From the NCBI RefSeq assembly GCF_000283555.1, contig NC_016012.1:990001-1022000 (forward strand): DNA of 32,000 bases, in the 5' to 3' direction. The stretch is from Candidatus Arthromitus sp. SFB-rat-Yit. Lineage in GTDB: Bacteria > Bacillota > Clostridia > Clostridiales > Clostridiaceae. Below are positions 1-10,901 of the stretch, in pieces (positions within the stretch are counted from its first letter, which is position 1; the number at the start of each line of letters is the position of its first letter). The notes beneath the pieces were generated by a model. It did not search any database. It saw only the letters and a program-made list of their open reading frames with translations, and was not told where the DNA came from. The translations under genes were made by a program, and so were the position numbers.

Positions 1-2930
1 TCTGGTTGAGTCATTAGGTTTTCTGCAATAAACTCTGTAGCTGAAAGTTCTTTTGATGTTAATTTATTAATCCAGAAATTCCATCCTTCAACCTCTGGCT
101 CACGCCCAAGAGCTATTGTATAAACTCTAGATACAAAGTTTGCAACATCTCCTGTTGGTTTTGGAGTAACTGTTCCAGTTTTAAATGTAGTTAATGGATA
201 TTCTACAATTTCTGTATTTTCAAGAGTAAATTTAGCTATTAATCCTTTAAATTCTGTATTAGCATCCAATCCTTGTACAAGAATTGAATTTGTAGCAGAA
301 TCCCAATTAGAAGTATATTTTTTACCTGATGAATCTTCAACTGATACAGATTTAATAGGTGATTTTGGAGTTGAATAATAATCAAGTTTAATTGTCGCCT
401 CATTATCTTTAATAGTAGCCGTATCTGTTTTAATATCTAAATTTCCTATAACTGGAGTTTTTATAGTTACATATTTCCTAATGCTTTGCTCTGTATTTGA
501 ATCATTATTATAAACAAATTCAAGGGTAATAGTTGTATTTGTATTTGGAGTTAAACCTGATACGTTTACATAAGAACCATCATACTCAACTTTAACATCA
601 GGATTTGATTCTAATGGAATATAATTCATTCTAACGAATCTTCCATTCATATCATCAATGAATAAAGGAACTCTTGTACTTCTTGCATAATCAGACTTAT
701 GGTTTGTTTCAATATCTACTGTAAAAGTACTTTGTCCATTAACAGGGTTATTTTCTGTTACGTTATCAACTGTTGCATCATCTCTCTTGCTATTGATTTG
801 AGCTAATGTTGTTCTAAGAACCCCATTTTTACCATCATAATCTTTATAATCTAATTCTAAGTTAACAAAGTTGTAATCTGTTGCTTTAGAAAGATTACTC
901 AAAGTTACTACATAATAATTAATCTTAGCTTTCTTATCTACTATTTTTTGAATCTTAGACTCTTCTCCTGGTCTTAAACTTGTTACTCTTAATTCACCGA
1001 TATTATCTTCAGAATTATCAACCTTCAATACATATCTTAATGAAGTTGCATCGTTCTTAACAGCTTGTACGTTTAATCCTCCTGGAAGCGTAACCATTTG
1101 TTTAGGTCCACTTGCTCCTAATTCTAATTTTGGCTCACTAAATGTTGTTGTTTTAATCGGCTTAGTATTTTTAGTTGCAGCTCCGGTTGTTTGCTTCTCT
1201 TTTAATTGAAGAACACTAACTTGTTCTTTACCATCAGTGTTTGAAGTTATATCAATTTCAGTGAAAATATAGTTACTATCAGTTCTTAATCCTGAAATCT
1301 GTAAATACTTACCTTTTGTTTTATCGTCAGGATCAACTTGAATTAATGATCCTGTATAAGTTTTATCCTCTGAATCCTTCATTTCAATCTTTACTATACT
1401 ATCATCAGGATCAACAAATTTAATTCCTTTAAATCTTATAGTTGTACCTCTAGCCTCAACATTATCAGCACTAGTAAAATCAAAATCTCCTACATTAAGA
1501 TAATATTTTTTTGCTAACTGGCTTGTATAAAATGTTCCACTAACCTGTGTAGTAGTCGTATTACCACCAGTAGTAGTTTCTTCATATATTGCATTATTCA
1601 TTACATTTATAGTAGAAGGGGCTTTTGCTGTTGTCGCTTGAGGAATATTTAATCCCGTTAAAATTTTATCATCTTTTATTGGAAGCTCATTATTTTTAAT
1701 ATTGCTTCCTGTTAAACCAACAAATGTATAATTTGTATTTGTAGCTAATTCATCATTACCTTGTCCATCCGCACCTTGTAATCTCATAATAAGAGTAATT
1801 GGAATATCTTGTGAAGTAGCTCTTACAGATCTTTGTCCACTTCCTTTATACATACCATCAATATCAATTATTCTTCTTACGTACTGTGAATTTTGATTCT
1901 TTGGAGGACAGATATTAGCAGCAGTGTATGGTATATTAACTATTTGACCTTTGCTATCTTGGAATGTAAAATTATTACCAGCTGTCACATTAAATATTTC
2001 AGCTAATCCAGCTTGTAAAGCTTCCCTTGCTGTAGTATCTTTAGCTGCTCCTTCAAAATTTGTATTAGCATCTTGTAAAGTTTCCTCATAAGCCTTTTGT
2101 ATTAAATCAGCTAAAGCAACCTGAGTACCACTTCCATTATTAACTTTAGTAGAAAGTACATCTCCTGTTAACTTAAAACTAAACCTAATAGTTCCTTGTG
2201 GTTTTTTCTGTCCTTGAGCTCCAGTTAATTCGACACTACCAATACTTCTAACAGGCACGATATTACCAGCTACATTAGTTTGTGTATTTCTAGCATCTTG
2301 TGCTTGTACTTGAGATTGTTGTGGCAATACATTCATAACTTGTCCATTACCATCAACATCTGTACCTGAAGTAACTCCATTATCTTTAACATCATTGGAG
2401 TTTATATCATTTGTTGATTCATCAATCCCATTTATATCGTCTGACAATCTTCCAAAACCATTTAATGGTTCCATAATAGACGCATTATTTTGAAATTCAT
2501 TCATCCCATTTGTTCCAAAAATATTTTCTGATGAAGCCAAATTATTTTCCGTTCCATTTCCATTCATTGATCCATCAGACGTTATATTTTCTGAATAGTT
2601 ATTTAAATTCTCATCTGCTGAGTTATTAAATCCATTATTAATTTCATTATTTGATTCATTAACTGTATTTGTTCCTGTTTTATCATCAGCATAAGCAATA
2701 TCTGGATATCCTCCAGATTGATATTGATCATTAGAATTGTATGGATACTCTGCTGCTTCTTTAAATTCTGTTACAATTCTTTCTGTTGCTCTCTGCAATG
2801 CATTCTCATCATATCTAGAAACTTTAGTGTTATTATCTTGAGAGTTCTTGCTTGATGATGTACATCCCGTAAATATACTTGAGGCAATTGCTAATCCAGT
2901 TAATAGAAGCGTAATCTTTTTTCTATTCAT
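1..2930 (-). CDS. Large surface lipoprotein, 3' end cut by window edge; beta-rich repeat passenger plus start of a C-terminal DUF4214-type module
   Basis: Absent from the ORF track because it has no stop in the window. My manual translation of the minus strand from ATG at 2930 (RBS AGGAGG, complement of 2941-2948) to base 1 found no in-frame stop (about 976 codons). N-terminus MNRKKITLLLTGLAIASSIFTGC gives a signal peptide plus lipobox Cys. The last residues ...FVSRVYTIALGREPEVEGWNFWINKL... match the VYxxxLxRxPDxxGxxYW motif at the C-termini of the three paralogs at 17057-22588. Confidence 0.75.
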   Translation of the reverse strand, partial: MNRKKITLLLTGLAIASSIFTGCTSSSKNSQDNNTKVSRYDENALQRATERIVTEFKEAAEYPYNSNDQYQSGGYPDIAYADDKTGTNTVNESNNEINNGFNNSADENLNNYSENITSDGSMNGNGTENNLASSENIFGTNGMNEFQNNASIMEPLNGFGRLSDDINGIDESTNDINSNDVKDNGVTSGTDVDGNGQVMNVLPQQSQVQAQDARNTQTNVAGNIVPVRSIGSVELTGAQGQKKPQGTIRFSFKLTGDVLSTKVNNGSGTQVALADLIQKAYEETLQDANTNFEGAAKDTTAREALQAGLAEIFNVTAGNNFTFQDSKGQIVNIPYTAANICPPKNQNSQYVRRIIDIDGMYKGSGQRSVRATSQDIPITLIMRLQGADGQGNDELATNTNYTFVGLTGSNIKNNELPIKDDKILTGLNIPQATTAKAPSTINVMNNAIYEETTTGGNTTTTQVSGTFYTSQLAKKYYLNVGDFDFTSADNVEARGTTIRFKGIKFVDPDDSIVKIEMKDSEDKTYTGSLIQVDPDDKTKGKYLQISGLRTDSNYIFTEIDITSNTDGKEQVSVLQLKEKQTTGAATKNTKPIKTTTFSEPKLELGASGPKQMVTLPGGLNVQAVKNDATSLRYVLKVDNSEDNIGELRVTSLRPGEESKIQKIVDKKAKINYYVVTLSNLSKATDYNFVNLELDYKDYDGKNGVLRTTLAQINSKRDDATVDNVTENNPVNGQSTFTVDIETNHKSDYARSTRVPLFIDDMNGRFVRMNYIPLESNPDVKVEYDGSYVNVSGLTPNTNTTITLEFVYNNDSNTEQSIRKYVTIKTPVIGNLDIKTDTATIKDNEATIKLDYYSTPKSPIKSVSVEDSSGKKYTSNWDSATNSILVQGLDANTEFKGLIAKFTLENTEIVEYPLTTFKTGTVTPKPTGDVANFVSRVYTIALGREPEVEGWNFWINKLTSKELSATEFIAENLMTQP

Positions 2931-3081
2931 AACCTTCTTAAACCTCCTAAATTTTAAAATAGCACTTATAAAAATAAATAACTCGAACCTTTTAAAAAAT
3001 TTTTTAATAAATCAGCAATTTCTTAACTACTGATAAAACTATTATGAACATTTTATTTTTTTATATTCATAATTTTAAAAT

Positions 3082-3113
3082 AAAAAAATGGCTATTTAAA
3101 ATAGCCATTTTTT
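3082..3113. terminator. Rho-independent terminator (bidirectional hairpin) downstream of the deacetylase gene
   Basis: Stem atggctat (3088-3095) pairs with atagccat (3101-3108). It is flanked by an A-run upstream and a T-run downstream. Confidence 0.7.
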
Positions 3114-3945
3114 AATAATCATATTCACTTAATTTTTGTTTGAAAATTTCAAGATCACTTCCACCTGGAATACTAACTCTTTCCATCATCATATAATGAT
3201 CGAAAAATTTTCCTGGCTCTGTTGATAATGCCCATTCATATCCTACATTTTGTGCAACTCTTATGACCTCAGAATTAAATGAAGAATTTGGATAAACCAA
3301 AAATAAAATTGGTTTATTTAACGTTTCTTCCAATATTTTTTTACTTGTATACATGGACTTATGAACTTGAGCAAGTGATGTATTAATAAAATCTTCATTG
3401 TTATGACCTTGGCTTTCAATATCTTGACCAGCTTTATGCATCTCTACAAGATTTTCTTTTGTCACGTATCCCTTTTCTCCAAGTTGTCTCGTTGTTACAA
3501 AAAAACTTGCCTTTAAATTCCGTTTTTGAAGCTCAGGAAATATAGTATCATATGAACTTTTATCACCATCATCAAAAGTTAAAATTAATGTTTTAGCCGG
3601 AATCTCTTCATAAGATTTACGTAATCTATATAATTCTTCCAACGTAACTACATTATATCCATTCTCAACTATATAATCTAATTGCTCTCTAAAATCATCA
3701 ATATGTACATATAAGTCATCCTCTTGACTTACCTTCTTACTATTTGTCACGTTGTGATAAAGCAAAATTAATACTTCATTTTTTTCCTTCCTATTTAACA
3801 TTTCTTCATTAATAAGTGCTGGCTTTACTTCATCGTATATTTTTTTCGCATCATAGTATGATTTTGCAACCTGACCACCTATAAATAAAAAGAATATCAA
3901 AATTAGCGATGATATAAAAACCTTATATACTTTCCTTCGTTTCAA
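3112..3945 (-). CDS. Membrane-anchored polysaccharide deacetylase (NodB homology domain, PgdA/CDA1-like)
   Basis: N-terminal TM helix. LILLYHNV and TLILTFDDGDKSSYDTIFPELQKRNLKASFFV are typical NodB-domain motifs (TFDDG). Confidence 0.85.
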   Translation of the reverse strand: MKRRKVYKVFISSLILIFFLFIGGQVAKSYYDAKKIYDEVKPALINEEMLNRKEKNEVLILLYHNVTNSKKVSQEDDLYVHIDDFREQLDYIVENGYNVVTLEELYRLRKSYEEIPAKTLILTFDDGDKSSYDTIFPELQKRNLKASFFVTTRQLGEKGYVTKENLVEMHKAGQDIESQGHNNEDFINTSLAQVHKSMYTSKKILEETLNKPILFLVYPNSSFNSEVIRVAQNVGYEWALSTEPGKFFDHYMMMERVSIPGGSDLEIFKQKLSEYDY

Positions 3946-3957
3946 CTAAACACCTCC

Positions 3958-4935
3958 TTACAAAGATAAAATTAAGTATAGAAAATATGTTAATATACTT
4001 GCTAAACTCAATAACAAATAAACAAATTTTAACTTTTTGTTGGAATTTTTAACTATAAGCAAAATTGCAATAAATATCGTTGCAATAAATCCAAATAATA
4101 ATAAAATTTTCGTTTGTATATGATTAGTAAAATAAAGTGATGTCCTTGTATACAAAAGATCTATTATCGAAATTATAAATAGATTAAACATATTACTTCC
4201 AATAATATTTCCTACTACTAAATTAAATTTTGATTTTTTAGCAAGTGCCAGACATGATGTAACCTCTGGGAGTGATGTTGCTATTCCTAAAAATAAAGCA
4301 CCACTCAAACTTGCAGCTAAATTTAATTTTATAGAAATTATATCTGTTACATACGTTATAGCAATACTTGCAATAACCAATCCTATGCTAGAAAGTATAA
4401 ATCTTATAAAAATTTGTTTAAGTGTAAGACTATTCTCCTCATCTTCTTCTCCATCTTGACCACCATCTATATCATTAGTAGCCATAAATTTCAAAGAAGT
4501 AAAATATAAAATCGAAACTAAAATTGAAACAACACTAATATTAAAAATGTTAAAATCTTTTGAAAAATAAGCTGGTAAAAATAAAATTATATTTATTACT
4601 ATAATAAACATGGTTATTTTAGTATGACTTTTACTTATTTGGCTTTGTACAAAACCCCTTATAAATAAAATAACAATAACAGACAATGTAGCTAAATTAA
4701 AAATATTGCTACCTAGAATATTTCCCAAAACAATCTCAGAATTATTTAAAATAAGCGCTCCAGAAATACTTGTGAATAACTCAGGAAGAGATGTCACTGC
4801 TGCAAGCACAACTCCTCCTATAAAAGCCCCAGATATATTTGTTTTTTTATCGATTAAATCAACATAATCAGCTGCTTTTATCGAAAATACTATTACAGCT
4901 ATTGCCAATATTATATAAATCAAATATACCAACAA
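3958..4935 (-). CDS. Cation/Ca2+ antiporter, CaCA (YrbG-like) family membrane protein
   Basis: Polytopic membrane protein with two alpha-repeat signatures, GNILGSNIFNL and GNIIGSNMFNL, plus TSLPEL/TSLPEV motifs in each half. Confidence 0.8.
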   Translation of the reverse strand: MLVYLIYIILAIAVIVFSIKAADYVDLIDKKTNISGAFIGGVVLAAVTSLPELFTSISGALILNNSEIVLGNILGSNIFNLATLSVIVILFIRGFVQSQISKSHTKITMFIIVINIILFLPAYFSKDFNIFNISVVSILVSILYFTSLKFMATNDIDGGQDGEEDEENSLTLKQIFIRFILSSIGLVIASIAITYVTDIISIKLNLAASLSGALFLGIATSLPEVTSCLALAKKSKFNLVVGNIIGSNMFNLFIISIIDLLYTRTSLYFTNHIQTKILLLFGFIATIFIAILLIVKNSNKKLKFVYLLLSLASILTYFLYLILSL

Positions 4936-5100
4936 TGTTTCCTCCCTTAATTTTTTTAAACTTTATCACAAAACTATGTTTTATTATAATAGCTAATCTA
5001 TTTTTATACAATATATATTAAAATTCCAAATCATGCTACGATTAATATTAGTAAGGCTTATTTACAAGGACGTATATTCTTGATCAAGGAGGATCTAACT

Positions 5101-5847
5101 ATGAAGATAAATAAAAATTCTAACATCACAAAAGCCTTAAATGTTTTTAAAATTGAAAAAATAGATAATAATTTATCCAAAGATAACTCAACTTCTGACC
5201 ATGTTCAAATTAATTATCTTATGGATGAGCTAACAGAATCACAATATATAACACGCAATTATCAAATAGGTATAACTTATGTGCAAATAGCTAAGTCAAC
5301 TTTAAGTGAAGTAAAAAAAACCATCATAGAAATGAAAGAAATTTTTGATAAATGTAAAAATGAGAATAATACTTCCTTTGGTCGTGAATCGCTAAATTTT
5401 AAATTCGAAGAATTACGTCAAAAATTTAATAAAGATTCAGATAAATTAAGCGTTGATATACGTGAAAATTTATTTTACAACAGCAAAAATGAACTTGTAT
5501 TTAAAGTATTCGATTCAAAATCTCTAGAAAATTGCATTCTCATTCCAAAACTCGATGCAAACAAATTAAATCTTAAAAATATAAATATAAAAAATGAAAT
5601 CAATGCCAATGAAGCCTATGAAAAAATTACTGAAGTTCTCGATTACATTATATATTCAGAAAGAGCGATAAAAAATTCTGAAGAGAAACTTCTTAAGGTT
5701 AATCTTACAGATATTATGTCTGCAAATCTTATGGCATTGAGCAGCAACGAAAGTAAAGAATCTATCCAAAAATTGTTAGACCTAACAAGAAAAGGACTAC
5801 TTAAAGAAGGTAATACCTATTTGAAAGACTTGAATAAAGACAAATAG
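5101..5847 (+). CDS. Short, highly divergent flagellin/FlgL-family protein
   Basis: RBS AGGAGG at 5088-5093 favours ATG 5101 (MKINKN...) over the track start at 5080. ITRNYQIGITYVQIAKSTLSEVKKTIIEMKEIF aligns with the flagellin N-domain pattern (A.RN.QDGIS.vQtAEgAL.E....LqRmREL). The C-terminal ERAIKNSEEKLL....NL resembles the flagellin C-domain (RA.LGA.QNRL....NL). Only about 248 aa, and the LSSGxRINxAxDDAAG block is not conserved. Confidence 0.5.
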   Translation: MKINKNSNITKALNVFKIEKIDNNLSKDNSTSDHVQINYLMDELTESQYITRNYQIGITYVQIAKSTLSEVKKTIIEMKEIFDKCKNENNTSFGRESLNFKFEELRQKFNKDSDKLSVDIRENLFYNSKNELVFKVFDSKSLENCILIPKLDANKLNLKNINIKNEINANEAYEKITEVLDYIIYSERAIKNSEEKLLKVNLTDIMSANLMALSSNESKESIQKLLDLTRKGLLKEGNTYLKDLNKDK

Positions 5848-5860
5848 TCAAAATAAAAAC

Positions 5861-5897
5861 GGAAAGTATCATAAATTATGTGATACTTTCCTTTTTT
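5861..5897. terminator. Rho-independent terminator between convergent genes
   Basis: Stem ggaaagtatca (5861-5871) pairs with tgatactttcc (5881-5891), followed by TTTTTT. Confidence 0.8.
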
Positions 5898-5913
5898 GTA
5901 TACATATTTCTTT

Positions 5914-7053
5914 TTAATTTAATACTGTTCTTATCCTACTAAAACATTCTTTCAACATTTCTCTAGGATAGGCCATATTAATTGCAATCTTACCTTGAAG
6001 ACTTCCTTCAATTTCTTCTCCAAACTTAACTGTAAGTTTACCATTTTTTAAAATTCTATATTCAAGTTCCTCAGGCATATATCCATATTTCGATAAATCA
6101 ATAAATGCTAAAGTTCCACTCTCAGGTTTTTCAAGTTCCATTGTCCCAAATATATTTTTAAGATAAGTATCAAATAATTCAAAATTTTTATTGACATAAT
6201 CTCTGAGCTTCCTCAACCAAATATCTATTCTACTATAAAATACATTAAATATTTCAACATCTATTGCGTTAATCGCAAACCTACTATTTTCACTTAACTG
6301 GTGCTTCATAAAATCTCTAAATTTTTTATTATTTATAACCAAATTACCCATAGTACTATCCATCAAATTCAATGTTTTGCATGGACTTAAATATGTTATA
6401 ACATTACTACTATTGTTCAATGCTTTAGAAAGAGGAATATATTTAACTCCTTCTCTTGTTAATTCATACCCTTCTTCAATACTCAAAATCCAAAGATTAT
6501 TCCTTCTCGCAATATCTCCAAGTTTTTTTAGCTCCTCTTCAGTAAAACATCTTCCAGAAGGATAATGCGGATTACTTATAACCATAACCTTAGAACCCTT
6601 AGAATATTTTTCTAAAAGCTCAAAATCAAGTTCCACTTTATCTCCTTCATAAATAAGTGGTATTGATATAAGATTCCTACTTGATGCCAAAATCTTATAA
6701 CGTAGTATTTTTTCTAAAGGAGAAAGTACAACCACATTATCATTCACCTGAGTCAATGACTCAAATATTAACGTATACGCCATTTCATCACTCGGTATAT
6801 ACTGTATATTTTGTATATCAATCTCCCACTCATACTCTTTCATAAAATAAGCACTCATAAGCATCTTGTATGATTCTTTATCATAATAACCTTGCTTTAT
6901 CTGATTTTCAAAAAGATCATAATTCTGTATCACAAACATTATAGGTTTTGGACTTAAGAAATACATTTTCTCAGTTTCGTGCATTATTAAATCAAATTTA
7001 TTAGTATCCAAATTTGAATATTGATAATTATTTTTAATATTAGTTGCTCCCAT
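5914..7053 (-). CDS. Class I/II PLP aminotransferase, MalY/PatB (C-S lyase)-like, divergent
   Basis: NPHYPSGRCFTEEELKKLGDIARRNNLWILS (compare NPHNPTGrvwt.eEL) and SPCKTLNL (compare SxSKTFN, PLP lysine). The usual DE(I/V)(H/Y) motif reads EEGY. Start moved to ATG 7053, behind RBS GGGGGAGA. Confidence 0.7.
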   Translation of the reverse strand: MGATNIKNNYQYSNLDTNKFDLIMHETEKMYFLSPKPIMFVIQNYDLFENQIKQGYYDKESYKMLMSAYFMKEYEWEIDIQNIQYIPSDEMAYTLIFESLTQVNDNVVVLSPLEKILRYKILASSRNLISIPLIYEGDKVELDFELLEKYSKGSKVMVISNPHYPSGRCFTEEELKKLGDIARRNNLWILSIEEGYELTREGVKYIPLSKALNNSSNVITYLSPCKTLNLMDSTMGNLVINNKKFRDFMKHQLSENSRFAINAIDVEIFNVFYSRIDIWLRKLRDYVNKNFELFDTYLKNIFGTMELEKPESGTLAFIDLSKYGYMPEELEYRILKNGKLTVKFGEEIEGSLQGKIAINMAYPREMLKECFSRIRTVLN

Positions 7054-7078
7054 ACTTCTCCCCCTTAACACAAAACTT

Positions 7079-9184
7079 TTATTCTATGTCGTCAACTTTT
7101 TCTCCATTATCTTCAAAATTATTTTGATTCATGGAATACTCCTGATTGCTTTCTACTATTTGTAGATGAAGATCCTCTGAAATTTTAAATTTGTTTACAA
7201 TATTATTCAATTGAGCTGTTGTAAGTTTATTTTCCTTAATAAAATGTTTCAAACTATCTATCTTCTCAACAATCTGAAAATTCTTATCAGAAATATTTGA
7301 CAATCCAATAGTTCCAGTATTAACAGTAGTTGAAATTTCAGTTATTGATCCAACTATTGTTTCAACTGCATCACTTACTTTCTTAGATATATCCAAGAAA
7401 TTTTTCATAAAATCATTAATCTTAAATGTGTCACTTCTATATTCTTCACTGCTATCTATAAAGCTATCATAATCAAGAATAATTTTATTATCTATAAAGT
7501 CCAAAATTTGTCTTGAACTTGTAATCAAACTTTCAATAGATGTATTAACATTCTGAGCTATACTCTTAATATTGTTTGCTGTAACTGAACTTTCTTCCGC
7601 AAGAGTCCTAATTTCCTCTGCAACAACAGCAAATCCTTTTCCTGCCTCTCCTGCTCTCGCTGCCTCAATTGCCGCATTAAGTGCAAGTAAATTTGTCTGA
7701 CTAGCAATACTCAAAATAGATTCTGTAAGAGTATTAATTTCATCAACTTCTTTTGATTTATCTATTGCTGTTTCCAAATCACTCTTAACATTTTCATAAA
7801 TCTGTATAGCTTTATCTTTTGACTCTGTGATATTACTCTTTATCAAATTAGTTCTCTTAGAAATATCTTGAGTACTATCATATCCTTTTTCAGCGTTCAT
7901 TTTTATGTTAAACATCTCATCACTTATAAGTTTTGATGAAGCTGTTATTTCTTGAAGAGTCGCATTTGTTTCTTCCATACCAGCATATAAATTATCCGTT
8001 TCAGACGATGTAATTGTAGTGGAATCTTTCAATTCTTTTGTTAAAAATTCAATATCGTTATACTTAGAGTTCAAATCAACTATCTTAATCTTAATTGTTT
8101 TTATCATTTTCCCAATATTTAATCTCATTCTAATTAAACTATTATAAGATTTACTCAACTCATCCTTGGAATTATTATTAAGCTTGTAATTATCTATAAG
8201 TTCAAAATTTGATGTCTTATCAATTATCCTATCATTTTCTTCTAATCTTGATAAAATCAGGAATTTAAGTGTAAACAATGATATAATCGTAAGTAAAATT
8301 ACAAATGCTCCTAACAATATACAAGTAATTATTTGATTCTTTGTAAACGACTCATCCATAGATGATACAGATGCAAAATAAGAAATCTTCCATTTAAGTC
8401 CTGAAATATAATAAGTCAACATCTTATAATCTCTTTTCCCGATATTTATATCACTTAAATATAAAAGATTTCCGGAATCAGATTTTGATATATTAGTCAG
8501 CATATTTTCATCATTTAAGTACTCTCCAACAATATTTTTAAAATCAGAATAAACAACTCGCTTATCAGCAGTATAAATTTCAACATTGCTATCATGTAAT
8601 ATATCAATTTTCATATTGGAAACGATTTCTTTAATTAAATCAGATGATAATATTCCACACAAATATTTATCCGATAAACCATTAGTATTAGGAATATTCG
8701 ATACTAAAACAATATCAACTTCCCCTTTATTAGAATCAAAGTCTAAATACACACCATAATCATCTTTTAATTTGTTATTTTTTACAATATCATCTAAATT
8801 ATCTACCTTTGTTCCCTCTAACCTTCTGTTTGTAGATACTTCAACTACACCTTCAGAATTAATAATTGTTACATCTTTTACAAAATTATTATTCAAATTT
8901 ATATAATCTCTAATAATAGAATAAGGTTTATCATTATTTATTTGACTATCTTCAACTATGTACTGAGAGTCTTTAATCATTGTTCCTAAAAATTTAAAAT
9001 CTAAAATATAATTATTTATTTGATTTTCAATCTGTAATGATGTAATTTGTGACTTTCCTCTTAAAGCATCAACTTTTTGAATTAAAAAATCATTTTTAAT
9101 TATAGAAAGTCCGAACGAAGCAATTAAAACGTTTAATATAGAAATAACTATACTGAATAATAATATCTTAAATTTAAGAGACAT
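7079..9184 (-). CDS. Methyl-accepting chemotaxis protein with a large extracytoplasmic (Cache-like) sensor domain
   Basis: Two TM helices bracket an extracellular region of about 255 aa. It carries the canonical MCP signalling hairpin [39 protein letters not shown]. Confidence 0.9.
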   Translation of the reverse strand: MSLKFKILLFSIVISILNVLIASFGLSIIKNDFLIQKVDALRGKSQITSLQIENQINNYILDFKFLGTMIKDSQYIVEDSQINNDKPYSIIRDYINLNNNFVKDVTIINSEGVVEVSTNRRLEGTKVDNLDDIVKNNKLKDDYGVYLDFDSNKGEVDIVLVSNIPNTNGLSDKYLCGILSSDLIKEIVSNMKIDILHDSNVEIYTADKRVVYSDFKNIVGEYLNDENMLTNISKSDSGNLLYLSDINIGKRDYKMLTYYISGLKWKISYFASVSSMDESFTKNQIITCILLGAFVILLTIISLFTLKFLILSRLEENDRIIDKTSNFELIDNYKLNNNSKDELSKSYNSLIRMRLNIGKMIKTIKIKIVDLNSKYNDIEFLTKELKDSTTITSSETDNLYAGMEETNATLQEITASSKLISDEMFNIKMNAEKGYDSTQDISKRTNLIKSNITESKDKAIQIYENVKSDLETAIDKSKEVDEINTLTESILSIASQTNLLALNAAIEAARAGEAGKGFAVVAEEIRTLAEESSVTANNIKSIAQNVNTSIESLITSSRQILDFIDNKIILDYDSFIDSSEEYRSDTFKINDFMKNFLDISKKVSDAVETIVGSITEISTTVNTGTIGLSNISDKNFQIVEKIDSLKHFIKENKLTTAQLNNIVNKFKISEDLHLQIVESNQEYSMNQNNFEDNGEKVDDIE

Positions 9185-9290
9185 ATAAAAATTCCCACTT
9201 TCTTAAAACCACAATAAGCATAAAATATATAAAATATTATTTGTTATTTTTCTTCATTTAAAACATGATTTATCTAAATTTTTAAAGGTA

Positions 9291-9332
9291 AAAAAAGCAA
9301 GGAATTACATATAATGAAATTCCCTGCTTTAA
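9291..9332 (-). terminator. Probable terminator after radA
   Basis: Imperfect hairpin agcaaggaatt / aattccctgct (one mismatch) with a T-run on the minus strand (A-run 9291-9296). It overlaps the radA stop codon. Confidence 0.45.
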
Positions 9333-10714
9333 AATATGTCATTAATAACTTCATGTATATATTTAAAAGCTTTTATTTCTATATTTTTAAAATTTCCCAC
9401 CCTATAATTCTCACCATAAGGAACATAAACTCTTTTAAATCCCAATCTATCAATTTCTTTAAGTCTAAGTTCCATAGATGGAACTCTTTTTATTTCCCCT
9501 GTAAGTCCAACATCACCAATAAACACATAGCCATTATCTATAGCTTTGTTCTTTATAGAAGAAACTATACTAATAATGATGGATAAATTAACACACTGTT
9601 CCCTCAATCTAATACCACCAGTAGATTTAATTACAATATTTTTATCAAATAATTTTATTCGTCCTCTCTCTTCTAAAATTGAAATAAGAGTGTTTAATTG
9701 ATCTCTCTTTAAACAATCAGAAATTCTTGAAGGGTATGGCGTTATAGAATTTGAAACAAGACTTTCAATTTCAACAACAATACATCTATTACCTTCTTTC
9801 ACAACACCTAGACAACTTCCAAAAACTTCATTATTTTCATCTCTCTGTGTCATAAAAAACTGTGATGGATTATCAATAGAAACCATACCTCTCTCTGTCA
9901 TAGAGAAAAATCCTACCTCTCCAGTACTTCCAAATCTATTTTTTGTACAAATAAGAGATCTCAATTCCTCAAAATTATCTCCTTCTATCATAAGCACACA
10001 ATCAACCAAATGCTCTAAAGCTCTAACACCAGCTAATTCATCTTCTTTAGTCATTTGTCCTACTATCATAACAGCTCTAGGCCTATTTGAACTTTTTGCA
10101 ATTCTCAAAAGCTCATTTGCACACTCCATTGTTTGAGTGGGTGATCCTGGTCTTGACGAATATTCTTCTAGTATAAAAGTTTGTATACTATCGATTATTA
10201 TAAAATCTGGATCAATGTCATTAATTACGCTAATTACATTATTTAATGAAATATCAGAATATATCCATATATTTTCATCAGATAATTCAGGAATTATTCT
10301 ATCAGTTCTTTTCCTTATTTGACTTTCACTTTCTTCCCCAGATGCATACAAAACTTTAAACCCTTTTTTTGAAATATCATAAGCAACCTGAAGTAATAAT
10401 GTTGATTTCCCTGCTCCTGGTCTTGCCGCGAGTATACTTATAGAATCTCTTACAATCCCACCGCCAACAACTCTATTAAACTCACTAATATCAGTTACTA
10501 TTCTATCGCTATTAAGTACTTCTACATTTAAAAGTTTTTGAGCCTTCTTAGAAGTAGTCAAAGTTTTTGTGTATGTATTAACCTTAGCATTTGCCTTTTT
10601 AAGTACCTCAGACTCTTCAAAAGAATTCCAAACATTACAATTAGGACATTTGCCCGACCATTTAGCTTGTTCAAATTTACAATTTGAACATGTATAAACC
10701 GTTTTAATTTTCAA
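9329..10714 (-). CDS. radA: DNA repair protein RadA/Sms
   Basis: N-terminal Zn ribbon CSNCKFEQAKWSGKCPNC, Walker A GAGKST, KNRFG motif and a Lon-like C-terminal domain. The likely start is TTG at 10714, 5 nt after GGAGG. The track start at 10729 overlaps the RBS. Confidence 0.9.
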   Translation of the reverse strand: MKIKTVYTCSNCKFEQAKWSGKCPNCNVWNSFEESEVLKKANAKVNTYTKTLTTSKKAQKLLNVEVLNSDRIVTDISEFNRVVGGGIVRDSISILAARPGAGKSTLLLQVAYDISKKGFKVLYASGEESESQIRKRTDRIIPELSDENIWIYSDISLNNVISVINDIDPDFIIIDSIQTFILEEYSSRPGSPTQTMECANELLRIAKSSNRPRAVMIVGQMTKEDELAGVRALEHLVDCVLMIEGDNFEELRSLICTKNRFGSTGEVGFFSMTERGMVSIDNPSQFFMTQRDENNEVFGSCLGVVKEGNRCIVVEIESLVSNSITPYPSRISDCLKRDQLNTLISILEERGRIKLFDKNIVIKSTGGIRLREQCVNLSIIISIVSSIKNKAIDNGYVFIGDVGLTGEIKRVPSMELRLKEIDRLGFKRVYVPYGENYRVGNFKNIEIKAFKYIHEVINDIF

Positions 10715-10770
10715 ATTTACCTCCAACAAATTTTAAATAAAAGGTAAATCGATTATATCATAATATAAAC

Positions 10771-10803
10771 AAATATAAACACTACTTAAAATAAGTAGTG
10801 TTT
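10771..10803 (-). terminator. Terminator hairpin downstream of the Zn-ribbon/HTH ORF
   Basis: Perfect 12-bp stem aaacactactta (10777-10788) / taagtagtgttt (10792-10803) with a 3-nt loop. Confidence 0.6.
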
Positions 10804-10901
10804 ATATTTAAAATACTATTCTCCAAATTCTACCTATGAAGTCTTTAACCATAACAACTTATAAAATTAATATTATAAAAATTAAATCAAAACATTTCAC
10901 A

